From a virus, in IMG/VR virus record IMGVR_UViG_3300043425_000676, positions 1 to 64,000 of that record: a DNA stretch of 64,000 nucleotides, one strand, 5' to 3'. A program made the translations under genes and the position numbers. The notes beneath the pieces were generated by a model. The model was not told where the DNA came from. It searched no databases and worked only from the letters and a program-made list of their open reading frames with translations. Positions 10,162 to 20,260 of the stretch are shown here, in pieces (the stretch's first letter is position 1; each line of letters opens with the position of its first letter).

Positions 10162-12300
10162 TTAAGCAGTGGTTGCCCGAGCTGTCATGTCAAAGACCGT
10201 CCATGTGTCTGCCGCAGAACAAAAGCACCTCACGCCCTTGCTGGCTGGTATCACTACCGCTGCATTGGTCGCAAGTCCATTGATCGCACCACCCGTAGCA
10301 GGGTACAGTTTGGCAGCGATCGCACTGTTGTTGATCACCTCCATGATGTCGCCAGCCGAACCCGTTGGGAGTTTGACACCTTTAGCTGCACTGTCCGAGG
10401 TGATGAACGTGGTGTTGGTAGCCGCTAATGCAGTAGCATCCAGATACGTGCTTCCTTCTGCTGCGGTAGAAACCTGCGTAACGCTTGCGTATGGAGCCCA
10501 TGTACCGTCACCACGCATAAACTGCCTTGTGTTGTTGCTCAACTTCGGCATCAATCCGTGGTAGGTCGATGTTGCGTTCAAGTCGGTGTTGTCATCCGGT
10601 GTTGCAAAATCATCAAGCTTGATAGCCTTAGCGTCCAGCAGGTAGCGAGTAGTCCACAGATCCCCAATTGTAAGTTTTAGCGGAGAACCTGAACTTACTA
10701 GATAAAGGAGGTTCGCGTTAGCCGCTGAAACCGCACCAGTGAGACCGCTGACATAAGTTGTAAACTCCGACCAAAAGTGCGATCGAAGATTCGCGAGCGT
10801 AACCTTTGTGTTTGTCGCACCTTCGTCCACCAAGAACAAGTCGCCATCCGAAAGTGTTGCACTGCTCAAACTACCCACATCAATGCTGCTCGTAACAATG
10901 CCAGCCACATAGGTCGCCAATGCCCCGACATCCAGTTTGTAGCTTGTCGTCGATCTTCGCATCCAAAGGTCGTCGCCAGCCTGAACCGCTGGACTTGCAT
11001 CCAGTTTGTCCCACATCTCCGTTTCGACATAAGCGGCTATGTTTGCGCTGGTAATCTTTTTTGGCGTAGTACCTTCGATCACGTAGAACGTGTCCGCGTC
11101 CTCGAGCGTAGTGAGCGCGGTCAACCCGGAAACGTAAGCCTGATAATCCGTCCAAAGCTTCGTTTCTAGCTCTGACAACGTTGCTTTTTTGGGTGTTGTG
11201 CTATCCCCGACCAGGAAAAGCGATCCAGAGGCGAGAGAGGCAGAGGAAAGACCTGTGAGATCCAAAACGTCAGCCTGAACGCCAGCACCGACAAACGTTT
11301 TGAGTTGATCCACGGTGACGCTGTAAGTGACCCCACCGCGACCAATGATCACCTTGTCGCCAGTAACGACTGGATTTCCGCTTGTAGCCGACCACCCAGA
11401 AGCCAGGATATAGGTTGAAAGTAGACCAACGTCCAATTTAAGCTGGGTTCCCGATCGGAATATCAAGAAACTGTCGCCAGCGACCGTCGCCACGGCACTG
11501 GACGCACTGTTTTGAGTCCCGACCACATACGAGGCGATATTCGCACCCGTAGCTGTCCTGCCAGTGCCGCTTCGCTCGAGCAAGAACACATCGGTAGCAT
11601 TTGCCGGAGCACCCAAGGCTGAGTAGTTATCCCAAGCTGCCGACACAATGTCAGCACCAACCTCAGCTTGCACATAGGCAGCGATCGTCGAGGCAGTGAC
11701 CTTGCTCGCTACACCACTGTCGCTCGCATAGAAGGTGTCCCCGTCTGCGAGGGTGGTGATTGCTGGCAAACCATCCGTGTAAGCCAGGAATTGAGAGTGG
11801 ACGCGAGCCGCGATCGCTGAAAACGTAGTCTTTTTGGCTGTTGTAGACTGAGCCACGACATACTGATCCGAATCAGCCAGCGTGGCCGTAGCAAGACCAG
11901 CGATCTCTGCACCAAGAGCTGTCACCGAGGAATCAAGAAACGCCTTGACGTTATCAATGTCGATTTGCTTGAGGATCCCGCCATCGTTGAACACCAGCTT
12001 GTCGCCCGAGACGATAGTGGTACTTGTGTCGATCGCTTCAAGTTTATCAACCACCCAATTGAAGAAGTTCTGCGCCGTAAGGATCTTTTCAACATCTGAC
12101 TGGAAAGCGACTATCTCATCAGCGTCGGCTAGGGTTGTGATCACCGATGCTTGATGAAGCTGATCGACCGCAAAAGCAGCAAGCAAAGCCGCAGTGGCAT
12201 GACGCGACGAGGTTCCGTCGAGCAACGGGATCTTTTCTGGGCCTGTGAGCGTATCGACCGCAAGACCAGCCACCCAATCTGCAAAACTTACATCAGGCAT
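10162..12300 (-). CDS. Tail fibre protein with internal repeats
   Basis: Ala/Thr/Ser-rich; recurring motif (TLADSDQYVV, TLADGDTFYA, TLEDADTFYV, TLSDGDLFLV ... KKxT); NATSTYHGLMPK...FMRGDGTW fibre-type motif. Confidence 0.7.
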   Translation of the reverse strand: MPDVSFADWVAGLAVDTLTGPEKIPLLDGTSSRHATAALLAAFAVDQLHQASVITTLADADEIVAFQSDVEKILTAQNFFNWVVDKLEAIDTSTTIVSGDKLVFNDGGILKQIDIDNVKAFLDSSVTALGAEIAGLATATLADSDQYVVAQSTTAKKTTFSAIAARVHSQFLAYTDGLPAITTLADGDTFYASDSGVASKVTASTIAAYVQAEVGADIVSAAWDNYSALGAPANATDVFLLERSGTGRTATGANIASYVVGTQNSASSAVATVAGDSFLIFRSGTQLKLDVGLLSTYILASGWSATSGNPVVTGDKVIIGRGGVTYSVTVDQLKTFVGAGVQADVLDLTGLSSASLASGSLFLVGDSTTPKKATLSELETKLWTDYQAYVSGLTALTTLEDADTFYVIEGTTPKKITSANIAAYVETEMWDKLDASPAVQAGDDLWMRRSTTSYKLDVGALATYVAGIVTSSIDVGSLSSATLSDGDLFLVDEGATNTKVTLANLRSHFWSEFTTYVSGLTGAVSAANANLLYLVSSGSPLKLTIGDLWTTRYLLDAKAIKLDDFATPDDNTDLNATSTYHGLMPKLSNNTRQFMRGDGTWAPYASVTQVSTAAEGSTYLDATALAATNTTFITSDSAAKGVKLPTGSAGDIMEVINNSAIAAKLYPATGGAINGLATNAAVVIPASKGVRCFCSAADTWTVFDMTARATTA

Positions 12301-12302
12301 GT

Positions 12303-13550
12303 CTATCTCCACGCCCCAGAGGGCTCAATTACTGCGTTTGCACCTTCCCATGCCCAATTCCCGCTAGGAGCAGACAAAAGAAGAATCATGTACTTTCCTC
12401 TAGCTCTTGGATAGCTACGGTGATTCACCCCTGCCGTCCAAGTTCCGCTACTGTGGACAGCCGCAGGCGTAGTCCCTGCAATCAAAGACTCGATAGCCGC
12501 CTTGGCGTTGATGCTGACCTGCTCAGCAGTGTCAGCCACCATAACTCTCCAGGTGACGTTCACACTACCAGAGGCGGTGATCCCGTGTAACTGGATCAAT
12601 CTTCCGTAGGTGCTTCCATTCCCCATCAACACCGGCCCGATCGCGACATAGGATCCTGAGTGCCCAACCTTGAACGGCCAGAACTCCTGCCTCTCAGTGT
12701 CAAACATCCAAGACACCGCTGCGGACGGTATGTGAACGTAAACGGCTCTCGATTCGTGGTCGTACTCAAGCACCGTATTGACGTTCGTAACGTTCGTCAG
12801 ATGCTCAGGAATCGCGTCCTCAGACAACGCCTGCAAGCCGTCGCCAGAAGCCGACACCGTGTAAAGACCATGCGACGAAAGGAAGTAGTACCGATCGAGG
12901 TGATCGCGGCACCAAGCCTTTGCACCGACCATGCCGACTTCCCGCGAGATGTTTCGAAGTGTTCCGTCTGCAACCGGATCACCCTGAACCACCCAAAGCG
13001 AGCTACTTGTTGCCGCCAGCAAATAGGCATCTTTGTGAGGAATCAGCGAAACCACATCAGACCCTAACTCACCAGCTTCGGACAACTGCATGACGAATGG
13101 ACGCATCAAATCGCTGACATCAGCGCTGAGCGACCAATCGGAGTGGTTCGACTGCCTACTGGCAAAAATAGCTCGCCCGGAAGGACGGATGAAGCGATCT
13201 CGGTAGATGCACTGCGCAGGGTGACTATTTGGAGCGTTAGCACCTGGAGACACGTAAACCGTACCACCACTGTGAACCGCCGCAACACCTGTGCTCACGA
13301 CAATCCTGTTGCCGCTCGAGTCGGTGATCTTATTACCAGCGCTATCGGTCAAGTACCGATCTTCGGTTGCAGGGACGGTCGAAGCACCAGCCTGAGCCCA
13401 GGAGCCACCGCGAAGGCGACCCTGAAAATCCTCGGTTCGACAATTTACAGCCCAAGGACAAAAATACCTCTCCCGCCTGCCTACGCTTTGGCGAAAAGAC
13501 AGGCGACGATTAACGCCCGATGGGAAAAGTATTTCTTTGCTTGTAGCCAT
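12303..13550 (-). CDS. Tail nozzle / DNA-stabilisation-like beta-propeller protein
   Basis: Beta-rich 415 aa (ISREVGMVGAKAW, YYFLSSHGLY, WMFD..FWP) resembling podovirus tail tubular B/gp10-type proteins; position. Confidence 0.5.
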   Translation of the reverse strand: MATSKEILFPSGVNRRLSFRQSVGRRERYFCPWAVNCRTEDFQGRLRGGSWAQAGASTVPATEDRYLTDSAGNKITDSSGNRIVVSTGVAAVHSGGTVYVSPGANAPNSHPAQCIYRDRFIRPSGRAIFASRQSNHSDWSLSADVSDLMRPFVMQLSEAGELGSDVVSLIPHKDAYLLAATSSSLWVVQGDPVADGTLRNISREVGMVGAKAWCRDHLDRYYFLSSHGLYTVSASGDGLQALSEDAIPEHLTNVTNVNTVLEYDHESRAVYVHIPSAAVSWMFDTERQEFWPFKVGHSGSYVAIGPVLMGNGSTYGRLIQLHGITASGSVNVTWRVMVADTAEQVSINAKAAIESLIAGTTPAAVHSSGTWTAGVNHRSYPRARGKYMILLLSAPSGNWAWEGANAVIEPSGAWR

Positions 13551-13558
13551 GTCACCAA

Positions 13559-13972
13559 TTACGCAGCAGCTTCAAGACCCGCTACGGTTCCATTGCTAGC
13601 GATCGTTAGCGCCTTCCACGAAGTAGCAGACTCGCAAAACAGAACGACCATCTGGTTTGCCGCGACTGCCGACTCAGCGTTAGCACCAGAACCGCCGTTG
13701 ATCGCGATCGTTGCCGGATCCGTCGTTCGCAACTCACCGCCAGTGGCAGCGCCAGCGACCATGACAATCCTACCGGGAACCGGAGCAGGCAAAATGAGGA
13801 TGTTATTCGTGTTACCCCAAGTCGGGATAACCATCTGAATGAAAGCCTCATCCGACATCTTAGTTCCAGCGGCAGAAGCGACCAAAGGCACTCTACCTGG
13901 GCCTCCAGGCATAAACGCCATGAGCAATTCGTGTAATTCGTTATGAGCCGACATGATTTTCCCCTTGGGCAA
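13559..13972 (-). CDS. Small structural protein related to the tail fibre C-terminal domain
   Basis: ILILPAPVPG...AING...VLFCESATSW resembles GVKLPTGSAG...AING...RCFCSAADTW of the fibre. Confidence 0.55.
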   Translation of the reverse strand: MPKGKIMSAHNELHELLMAFMPGGPGRVPLVASAAGTKMSDEAFIQMVIPTWGNTNNILILPAPVPGRIVMVAGAATGGELRTTDPATIAINGGSGANAESAVAANQMVVLFCESATSWKALTIASNGTVAGLEAAA

Positions 13973-13975
13973 AAA

Positions 13976-14299
13976 CTAATCCTTCAACGTAACCCCAACA
14001 ACGCCAGCGGCATTGCCTGTGATCTTTAAGAACCTTGCACCAGCCAACGCTTCTGGGATCGGATACGATCGACCAGCCGCAACCGTTGTGGTGATAGCAG
14101 AGTTAGACTCGGTGTAAGCCGCAAGGTAAACTCCGGCTTCGCTGATGCTGGAATACCAAGTAAGTGTCGTCAGCGAGGATCCAGAGGGTATGTGTACCAT
14201 GCCTCTTTCAAAGTCGCCGTAAATGATCGCATCGCTTGCGGCAAGAGTGCTGCCAACGTCCAGATTTTCGATTGAATTGCTGTACCGTGCGGTTGTCAC
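13976..14299 (-). CDS. Small beta-rich virion protein
   Basis: 107 aa ORF overlapping the upstream stop (ATGA-type coupling). Confidence 0.55.
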   Translation of the reverse strand: MTTARYSNSIENLDVGSTLAASDAIIYGDFERGMVHIPSGSSLTTLTWYSSISEAGVYLAAYTESNSAITTTVAAGRSYPIPEALAGARFLKITGNAAGVVGVTLKD

Positions 14300-15549
14300 T
14301 GCGGATCTCCTTCGATTGTCAGTCTGCCTATGCGTTGCTCGCGACTGCGGTAATTGTAATCGAAAACGCTGAATTTGCTATAAGTTCCACGAGGCATATC
14401 TTGCCCCAAGCTCGTCGGGCTCGACCTATCCTGGTCGTTTCTGATCGCCAGAGCAATCATTTCCAAGTATCTTTTCTCGTGGACATGCTCTCTTTCCTCG
14501 TAATTGTGCTCTGCGGCAGCCAGACAAGCCTCCAAAAACACTTGACTGAGCATTTCCCCCCCAATTGGGTACGGATTTGCATCGCTCAGGTCTACGGGAC
14601 GCAAAATCATAGGGACCCGGAGCACGTAAGCCGCATCCGGAGCCGGATAAAACGCCAGTGACTTGCGGCTCCCGACGCTTGGATCAAATCTGTCGGTTCT
14701 GACCGAGTAATAAGCCGGACGACCAAACTCAGGATTTGTTGTCTCAAGCTTCCTGATTGTTGCGTCGTGCCGATTGCAAACAGACGGAAACCACTGATCT
14801 GGCCCTGGATAGTACGTCAAATCGCTGTCATTGGCGACAGAATCAAATGCCACATCCATCTGGATATCGGTTCTGGCGATCTGGTATGCCGACGCACTCG
14901 AAACCGTGACAGTTGTGTCGTCCAGAGATATTTGAGAGTTGCTCAAGCGACTTGCTACCGAGTAATACTTGTTGTTTACCCTAAGAATGCTATTAGCCGC
15001 CCATGAAGGGAAAGTCCCGCCGACGAGCGTTACCACACCCGAAGCGATGGTTATCGTCCCAGTTGCATACGGTGCAGTGGTCGTGACATCGACCAGAGGT
15101 TTGAAAAACGACCAATCATGCGCTGCATAAACACGACGAAGACCGTCAGTGATGCAATAGCCAATCCTGGTAAGCTGATCCTGCGTGAAGGACGCATCTG
15201 CCTCTGCTCCAAAAAGATAATGCCCGACCCTATTTACCAAGATCGAATAGCTGATCGGGCCGCCACCTGTCGCACTCGTCCTGGCTGGGAAGTCCAACTC
15301 AAAGTGATAAGTTGCGCCGTCGTAAACAAACTCGACATACGCCGTGTAAGCGACATTCACAACATCCGTAAACTCGTACTGGTAGGTTCCTGTAGAAACC
15401 AGTGTCATAGCCGTTCCATCGGCAACGACGACAGCATTGGTGTCGTTCCTCTTGACTCCATACGTTCCCGTTGGATCGGAAAGCAACGCTGAAGTTACGT
15501 TCGTCGGAACGCCATCAACCTTAAAAGTTTTTCTGATTACTCGCGACAT
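14296..15549 (-). CDS. Head-tail adaptor (tail tubular protein A-like) with inserted beta domain
   Basis: Motifs I..GLRRVY...DWSF, GRPAYY, LAFYPAPDAAYVL typical of podovirus adaptor proteins. Confidence 0.6.
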   Translation of the reverse strand: MSRVIRKTFKVDGVPTNVTSALLSDPTGTYGVKRNDTNAVVVADGTAMTLVSTGTYQYEFTDVVNVAYTAYVEFVYDGATYHFELDFPARTSATGGGPISYSILVNRVGHYLFGAEADASFTQDQLTRIGYCITDGLRRVYAAHDWSFFKPLVDVTTTAPYATGTITIASGVVTLVGGTFPSWAANSILRVNNKYYSVASRLSNSQISLDDTTVTVSSASAYQIARTDIQMDVAFDSVANDSDLTYYPGPDQWFPSVCNRHDATIRKLETTNPEFGRPAYYSVRTDRFDPSVGSRKSLAFYPAPDAAYVLRVPMILRPVDLSDANPYPIGGEMLSQVFLEACLAAAEHNYEEREHVHEKRYLEMIALAIRNDQDRSSPTSLGQDMPRGTYSKFSVFDYNYRSREQRIGRLTIEGDPQ

Positions 15550-15551
15550 GG

Positions 15552-16919
15552 TTACTCCAGTGTTATGCTTCGGTCTTCAACCTGAATGTTGTATGTGCTT
15601 CCGGCACCTCCTCCGCCAGCCAAAGACACCGCAATAGTGTCGAACCTGAATTGACCAGATCCATTGTCCTCGATCATCGAGTTTAACCTCGACAACACCT
15701 GAAGAGCTGAAACTGCCGTGGCAATCTCCGTTGACGCATCTGGCGCTAAAACACGCGCCGACAAAGCACCAGTATCAAAAGCGTCCTCGTGAATCGATCC
15801 TGGCTCTGAGTCATGCAATACCGCCGCGATATGATGCGATCCAGTAACAAGCACTTCCGTGTTATTGTCGGTAGACCTAAGCAGCCTTGCCGTGCCACTC
15901 GCGTCATTAGCAGTCAAAGCGTCTGTACCCAACTCATAAACAGTATTGACAAACAAGATTGATCCGGCTGGGTCTATACCTAACGCACCGAAGTTGGCGG
16001 GGAAAGCGGTTATCAGGTCTGTCTTGGCCTTGATCGCCAGCAATGTAGTAATCGTGTCGTAATCAACCACCGATCCAATCCACTCGACATATCGAGCCTC
16101 ACCTGAAACTGTTCCAGATATAGTGATCCGAAGGTTTTCGGCTGGATGCGTGCTAGCCACCGAATAGGTAAACGTATACCGACCAGTCGACGGACTCGAC
16201 ACCGCTGACAGATTTGCAGAACGACTTGTGCCAGCAGCATTTGCAGCCGCAATCGCTGGCGATCCGTCGAGTGCGACCAGCTTGTCCTCATCGTCACGAA
16301 CAACCACCGTAAACGCATAGGTCGTTGTGCCCGAGTCTGGAATCTCCATCAGTGGAGTCCCATAGACATTCATCTTTGCCGACAGGTTGTTTAGGTTCTG
16401 GATCGCGGTCAGGACGGTGTTGACGGTCGACTCCTTTGCTACAGTCGCGTCCTTAGCAACAGTTGTTTCATTTGCGACACTAGCAGGGAATGCCACTGGT
16501 GCTGATGCACTAGCTGCTTGCCCTGCAATTTGAGTCATGTTTGCAGACACAGCATCGATAACTGATTTAATCGAAGTGTTGGTCAATGCCACGTTTGCAG
16601 TTGGATTGGCAATCTTCGACTGATCTGTTCCAGCATAACCAAATGAGCCAGAAGCCGTAAACACAGCTTGCATTGATCGAGAATAGCATCCTGTCTTGTA
16701 CAGCACAATTCTAAGAGAATTGCAGTCAGTCTCAGCTTGGCTTGGTGTATAGCTCCATTCACCTTGTTCGACTGTTGGTGTGTTGGCTCCTGCAACAAAA
16801 GCACCACTGTCTTTTGACACCGACACCGAAACACCAGTCGTCTGAACAACACCGTCACTTATTTGGGTGATGGTTCCAATTATGAGTGGTAGTGGTGTTG
16901 GATTGTTGCGTGGATACAT
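15552..16919 (-). CDS. Putative tail appendage/fibre protein
   Basis: N-terminal VSVSKDSGAF...GEWSYTPSQAETD baseplate/fibre-type domain; Ala/Thr-rich; short TVAK repeats. Confidence 0.55.
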   Translation of the reverse strand: MYPRNNPTPLPLIIGTITQISDGVVQTTGVSVSVSKDSGAFVAGANTPTVEQGEWSYTPSQAETDCNSLRIVLYKTGCYSRSMQAVFTASGSFGYAGTDQSKIANPTANVALTNTSIKSVIDAVSANMTQIAGQAASASAPVAFPASVANETTVAKDATVAKESTVNTVLTAIQNLNNLSAKMNVYGTPLMEIPDSGTTTYAFTVVVRDDEDKLVALDGSPAIAAANAAGTSRSANLSAVSSPSTGRYTFTYSVASTHPAENLRITISGTVSGEARYVEWIGSVVDYDTITTLLAIKAKTDLITAFPANFGALGIDPAGSILFVNTVYELGTDALTANDASGTARLLRSTDNNTEVLVTGSHHIAAVLHDSEPGSIHEDAFDTGALSARVLAPDASTEIATAVSALQVLSRLNSMIEDNGSGQFRFDTIAVSLAGGGGAGSTYNIQVEDRSITLE

Positions 16920-17789
16920 TTATCGGATTCCTCCACCGACCATTCGTTGTTGATTTCTAAACCAGTAGTGCTTAAAGCTAGCTGCTGGCATCATCCATCT
17001 TCGATTAAAGGATTTAAGAAGGCCAAAACCTCGACCGCCAGCGTAAAGCTTTTGAACTTCGTTGGCTGTTAAAAATCGGTTATAAATGCGAATATCATCA
17101 AGTTGGCCCAGCAAAAAACCATTACCGCCGGAGTCTGCATTATACGCTCCGATTGACCAGGATGCGTTCGTCGCAAAGGGAGTGGTAAATGTTCCAGTAA
17201 AATTAGCCGATATGTTTGTTTGCGGAGTGCCGTTCCGATAAAGCGAAATAACACCCAAATTAAAAACAACACCGACATGATACCAGTTTCCGTCTGATAT
17301 CGTGGCGGTCGTAAAAGCACCCCTCACTTGATTACTCACCGCCGTTCCGTCACCGCTTGCGAAAAATGCTAGCTGTGTTCCGTTTGCCGAGCCGCCAAGA
17401 GAAGCAGACGAGGTTGCTAGCTGCCAAGACCTTTGATTAGTGGCCGCTTGGTATTGCCCAACAATCTGTACCTGACTTTGTGTGGTCGTCTTTCGCACCC
17501 AACCAAACGCCGAAAATCTAGAACCTAGACTGGCTCGGTTTCCAGCGACTACGTAGTCATTAGCCCCATCGAAATCTAAAGCGTATTTGCCATCACGGAT
17601 TACCCAGTCCGTTGGTGCATCCATGCCGGTGAGAGTGCCGGTGCTATTGAACCCGCTTATATCTAGCAGTTGTAAACCTGTCGGAGAAGTCGCACTTGGA
17701 CACCAGTGACCAACCAGACCATCATAAGACCATTTTTGAGCACGATCATAAACGACCGGCCCGATTCTTCGACCACGAGAAATTATCAT
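16920..17789 (-). CDS. LamG/concanavalin-A-like lectin domain protein (putative receptor binding)
   Basis: GLVGHW, ALDFDGANDYV, DGNWYHVGVV, LYRNG, FLLGQLDDIRIYNRFLT..EV..LY are LamG_3-type motifs. Confidence 0.85.
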   Translation of the reverse strand: MIISRGRRIGPVVYDRAQKWSYDGLVGHWCPSATSPTGLQLLDISGFNSTGTLTGMDAPTDWVIRDGKYALDFDGANDYVVAGNRASLGSRFSAFGWVRKTTTQSQVQIVGQYQAATNQRSWQLATSSASLGGSANGTQLAFFASGDGTAVSNQVRGAFTTATISDGNWYHVGVVFNLGVISLYRNGTPQTNISANFTGTFTTPFATNASWSIGAYNADSGGNGFLLGQLDDIRIYNRFLTANEVQKLYAGGRGFGLLKSFNRRWMMPAASFKHYWFRNQQRMVGGGIR

Positions 17790-18217
17790 GATTGATATGT
17801 TTTCGGTCTGATGGTTAGTACGTTGCTTGTTCCCATTGCTTGACCCGTACCTTGGTTTCGAACCAAAACCCGAATGTTTCCTGGGGGAATATCGAAAGCC
17901 GTTTGTACGATTCTTTGAGTTGTGTTGACGGCCCGAACTGTATAAATCAAATCGGGTAGTCTTGTTGGTGTCACAGATCCAGATCCATCTTCAAAGTTGG
18001 TTCCGTCAGTTTCTCTCAGTAACCATACCCAAAGTGCGGTGTTTGCTGTGGGTGCTGTTGGGAATGAAAACACGAACTCTACTTCGGCATCGATGTATCC
18101 AGCACTTGTAAGTGTTACACTTGTTGCATGTACTGCGTTGGCATTGTTGCCAAGGGAGTTCATTTCGGTGCTTAGAAGTGTTTGTGCAGTACCACGAAGT
18201 TGTGTTAAGTTTGGCAT
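17786..18217 (-). CDS. Hypothetical beta-sandwich protein
   Basis: 143 aa ORF translationally coupled to its neighbours. Confidence 0.6.
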   Translation of the reverse strand: MPNLTQLRGTAQTLLSTEMNSLGNNANAVHATSVTLTSAGYIDAEVEFVFSFPTAPTANTALWVWLLRETDGTNFEDGSGSVTPTRLPDLIYTVRAVNTTQRIVQTAFDIPPGNIRVLVRNQGTGQAMGTSNVLTIRPKTYQS

Positions 18218-18666
18218 TATTCAATCTTTCCGTTTGGACGGTATGTTGACCAAGCCTCTGAAACTTGCCCTGGGCCTATGACTTCATGCGAAAGAGACAA
18301 GTTGCTGATTGCATCAAACTCGGATTGCGTGATACTCGATCCTTCGTCCAAGAGCAACGACAAGAATTGAATCATGGCGTGGTCGCCAAAGTCTGACCCA
18401 CCTTCACTTGGTCGCAACCACTTCAAAACTCGACTAACGAGAGCTTTGTATGAGCCAGCATATTGCTCGAACTTTTGAAGTATTGTTTCTGCTGTCATTG
18501 GCCCAAGTTTATTGTACAGCCCACGTTCTGTAAGAATCAGACTTGACCGAATCAATGGGCTTATCTCGGAGCATCGAATCGCACACGCATAATCGTTTCC
18601 TGCTTCCGCAAGCGCTTTTGCTTGCGGGTCAGATTCGATCAAGGCTTTGAGTTCTTGTGGGGTCAT
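18217..18666 (-). CDS. Hypothetical protein
   Basis: 149 aa ORF with coupled start and stop. Confidence 0.6.
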   Translation of the reverse strand: MTPQELKALIESDPQAKALAEAGNDYACAIRCSEISPLIRSSLILTERGLYNKLGPMTAETILQKFEQYAGSYKALVSRVLKWLRPSEGGSDFGDHAMIQFLSLLLDEGSSITQSEFDAISNLSLSHEVIGPGQVSEAWSTYRPNGKIE

Positions 18667-19031
18667 GACATGCCTTTTTGGAACAAAACGGATTCAACTT
18701 TCTGTAGTTTGGTTCTCGCAACGTCATGATCACCATCAAGAGTCGCAATTCCAGCTTCAGCAACCAGACCGATCGCATGGTGCGTCACGTTATGAGATTG
18801 CTGATCCTTTGTGGCTGTTGTTTCCAGCTTTGCTAATGTTTCTGCATTCTTCTCTTGGGTTCTCGTTGCCGAGTTCATGAATGCGATGTGCGCCTCGGCT
18901 ATTTTCGGGCCGTACTTTCTACCAAGAGTGAAGAATAGCCATAGAAACGGCCCAACAAATAGAATCAGGCAGGCGAACGGGATCCCTACTGCTTGAACAA
19001 ATTGAGCAACACTTGTCCAGTCGATACTCAT
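18663..19031 (-). CDS. Holin-like membrane protein
   Basis: N-terminal TM segment (VGIPFACLILFVGPFLWLFF) followed by a helical/coiled tail. Confidence 0.45.
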   Translation of the reverse strand: MSIDWTSVAQFVQAVGIPFACLILFVGPFLWLFFTLGRKYGPKIAEAHIAFMNSATRTQEKNAETLAKLETTATKDQQSHNVTHHAIGLVAEAGIATLDGDHDVARTKLQKVESVLFQKGMS

Positions 19032-19056
19032 GGCTAATCTTTCTGTAAAATGGCGA

Positions 19057-19761
19057 CTATGGGTTTGGGCAGTTTCCGTTGACGCAGAGTCCTCGAATGA
19101 CGGCCTTCAAGCACTCTTTGTATTCTTCAGTTGTTTGAGGGTTGGATTTTGCAATCTCCTTATCCACAGGGATCCTCCAGACGTTTAACCAGTCTTTGTT
19201 CCTGCTGGTTGGTTGCCGCATTCCAAAACAAGTTTCAATCGTGCTTGTTACCATGCCTTTTGCGTCAGGTAGGTATTGCGGCAGCTTAGGAAGTAAATTC
19301 GTAAGTGAACTCGCAAGAAGCGATGTCGTACCTGCGTCCTGAAGAGTGTCAACCGCCGCTTTTGAAGTAAGGCGTATCGACTCGTAATTCGGAGCAACTG
19401 GGTTGGGCTGCGGAGTTGGATTTGGTGATGGAGTTGGCGTAGGAGTTGGCTGGATCGCTGAAGCGGTGACGTTAATCGTGTGCCAACTGTAGGCAATGTT
19501 TGCTTGCTTGTCGGCAACAATCAGACCGAATTGGTACTTTCCAGCCGTTGGTATCGAGAAGAACACATTTGCGCCGCATGAGGCCGACTGCGACTTGAGT
19601 TCATCTGGGATAATCCAGACCTTGTTGTCTCCAACAGCATCCTCGTGCGAAAGGAACACTAGCGTTCCAGCGAGAGCCGTCGCTGGCCCTTTGATCGAAG
19701 CTTTGAGTTCTTGTCCGATCGCTGGCACTGCCAGCATTAAAAAAAGAAGCAGTGTTCTCAT
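19057..19761 (-). CDS. Exported protein with signal peptide, Ig-like domain and Pro/Thr linker
   Basis: MRTLLLFLMLAVPAIG signal; QPTPTPTPSPNPTPQPNP linker; ends CVNGNCPNP. Confidence 0.65.
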   Translation of the reverse strand: MRTLLLFLMLAVPAIGQELKASIKGPATALAGTLVFLSHEDAVGDNKVWIIPDELKSQSASCGANVFFSIPTAGKYQFGLIVADKQANIAYSWHTINVTASAIQPTPTPTPSPNPTPQPNPVAPNYESIRLTSKAAVDTLQDAGTTSLLASSLTNLLPKLPQYLPDAKGMVTSTIETCFGMRQPTSRNKDWLNVWRIPVDKEIAKSNPQTTEEYKECLKAVIRGLCVNGNCPNP

Positions 19762-19840
19762 GGTTTCCTGTACTTGGCTTGCGGTGCTGCATGCAAAGCG
19801 ATGCACATCGCATCGCTTTTTGAGTTTCAAAAAACAGAGA

Positions 19841-20227
19841 CTAGGGCTTAGGCTCTGGTGCTGGCTGTTGCTTCTTCTTTCGGTTTTCGATGATCATTTT
19901 GATAATCTCAAGAATAACTGGAATCAAAACCTCCCAACCCTGCGTACCGGCAGATGGAGGAACTGAAGTTGCCGAAACATTTTGATCGAGCTCGTTGCAC
20001 TTGCACTCAAGATCGTCCAGCAAGCTTTCGAGACTCGCGCAGGACATGGTTCCGGCTTCGGGTGTGCCGCCAGGCACGTAGGACGGGGCGAGTTTAGTCA
20101 CCAAGCAACCAGCGACCCATAACGCTTGAGTGATGGTTTGCGTGGTCACCCCTTTGCGAATGTCAGCTACCAAGCTGAGAACGCAAGAGAGGGAGACATC
20201 CGAAGTGAATTTGCTTTCGCACGGCAT
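19841..20227 (-). CDS. Small protein with C-terminal amphipathic/hydrophobic helix
   Basis: WEVLIPVILEIIKMII followed by a basic tail. Confidence 0.55.
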   Translation of the reverse strand: MPCESKFTSDVSLSCVLSLVADIRKGVTTQTITQALWVAGCLVTKLAPSYVPGGTPEAGTMSCASLESLLDDLECKCNELDQNVSATSVPPSAGTQGWEVLIPVILEIIKMIIENRKKKQQPAPEPKP

Positions 20228-20260
20228 AGTAAAAACCTTTCCTAAGTTGATAAACCTAAA

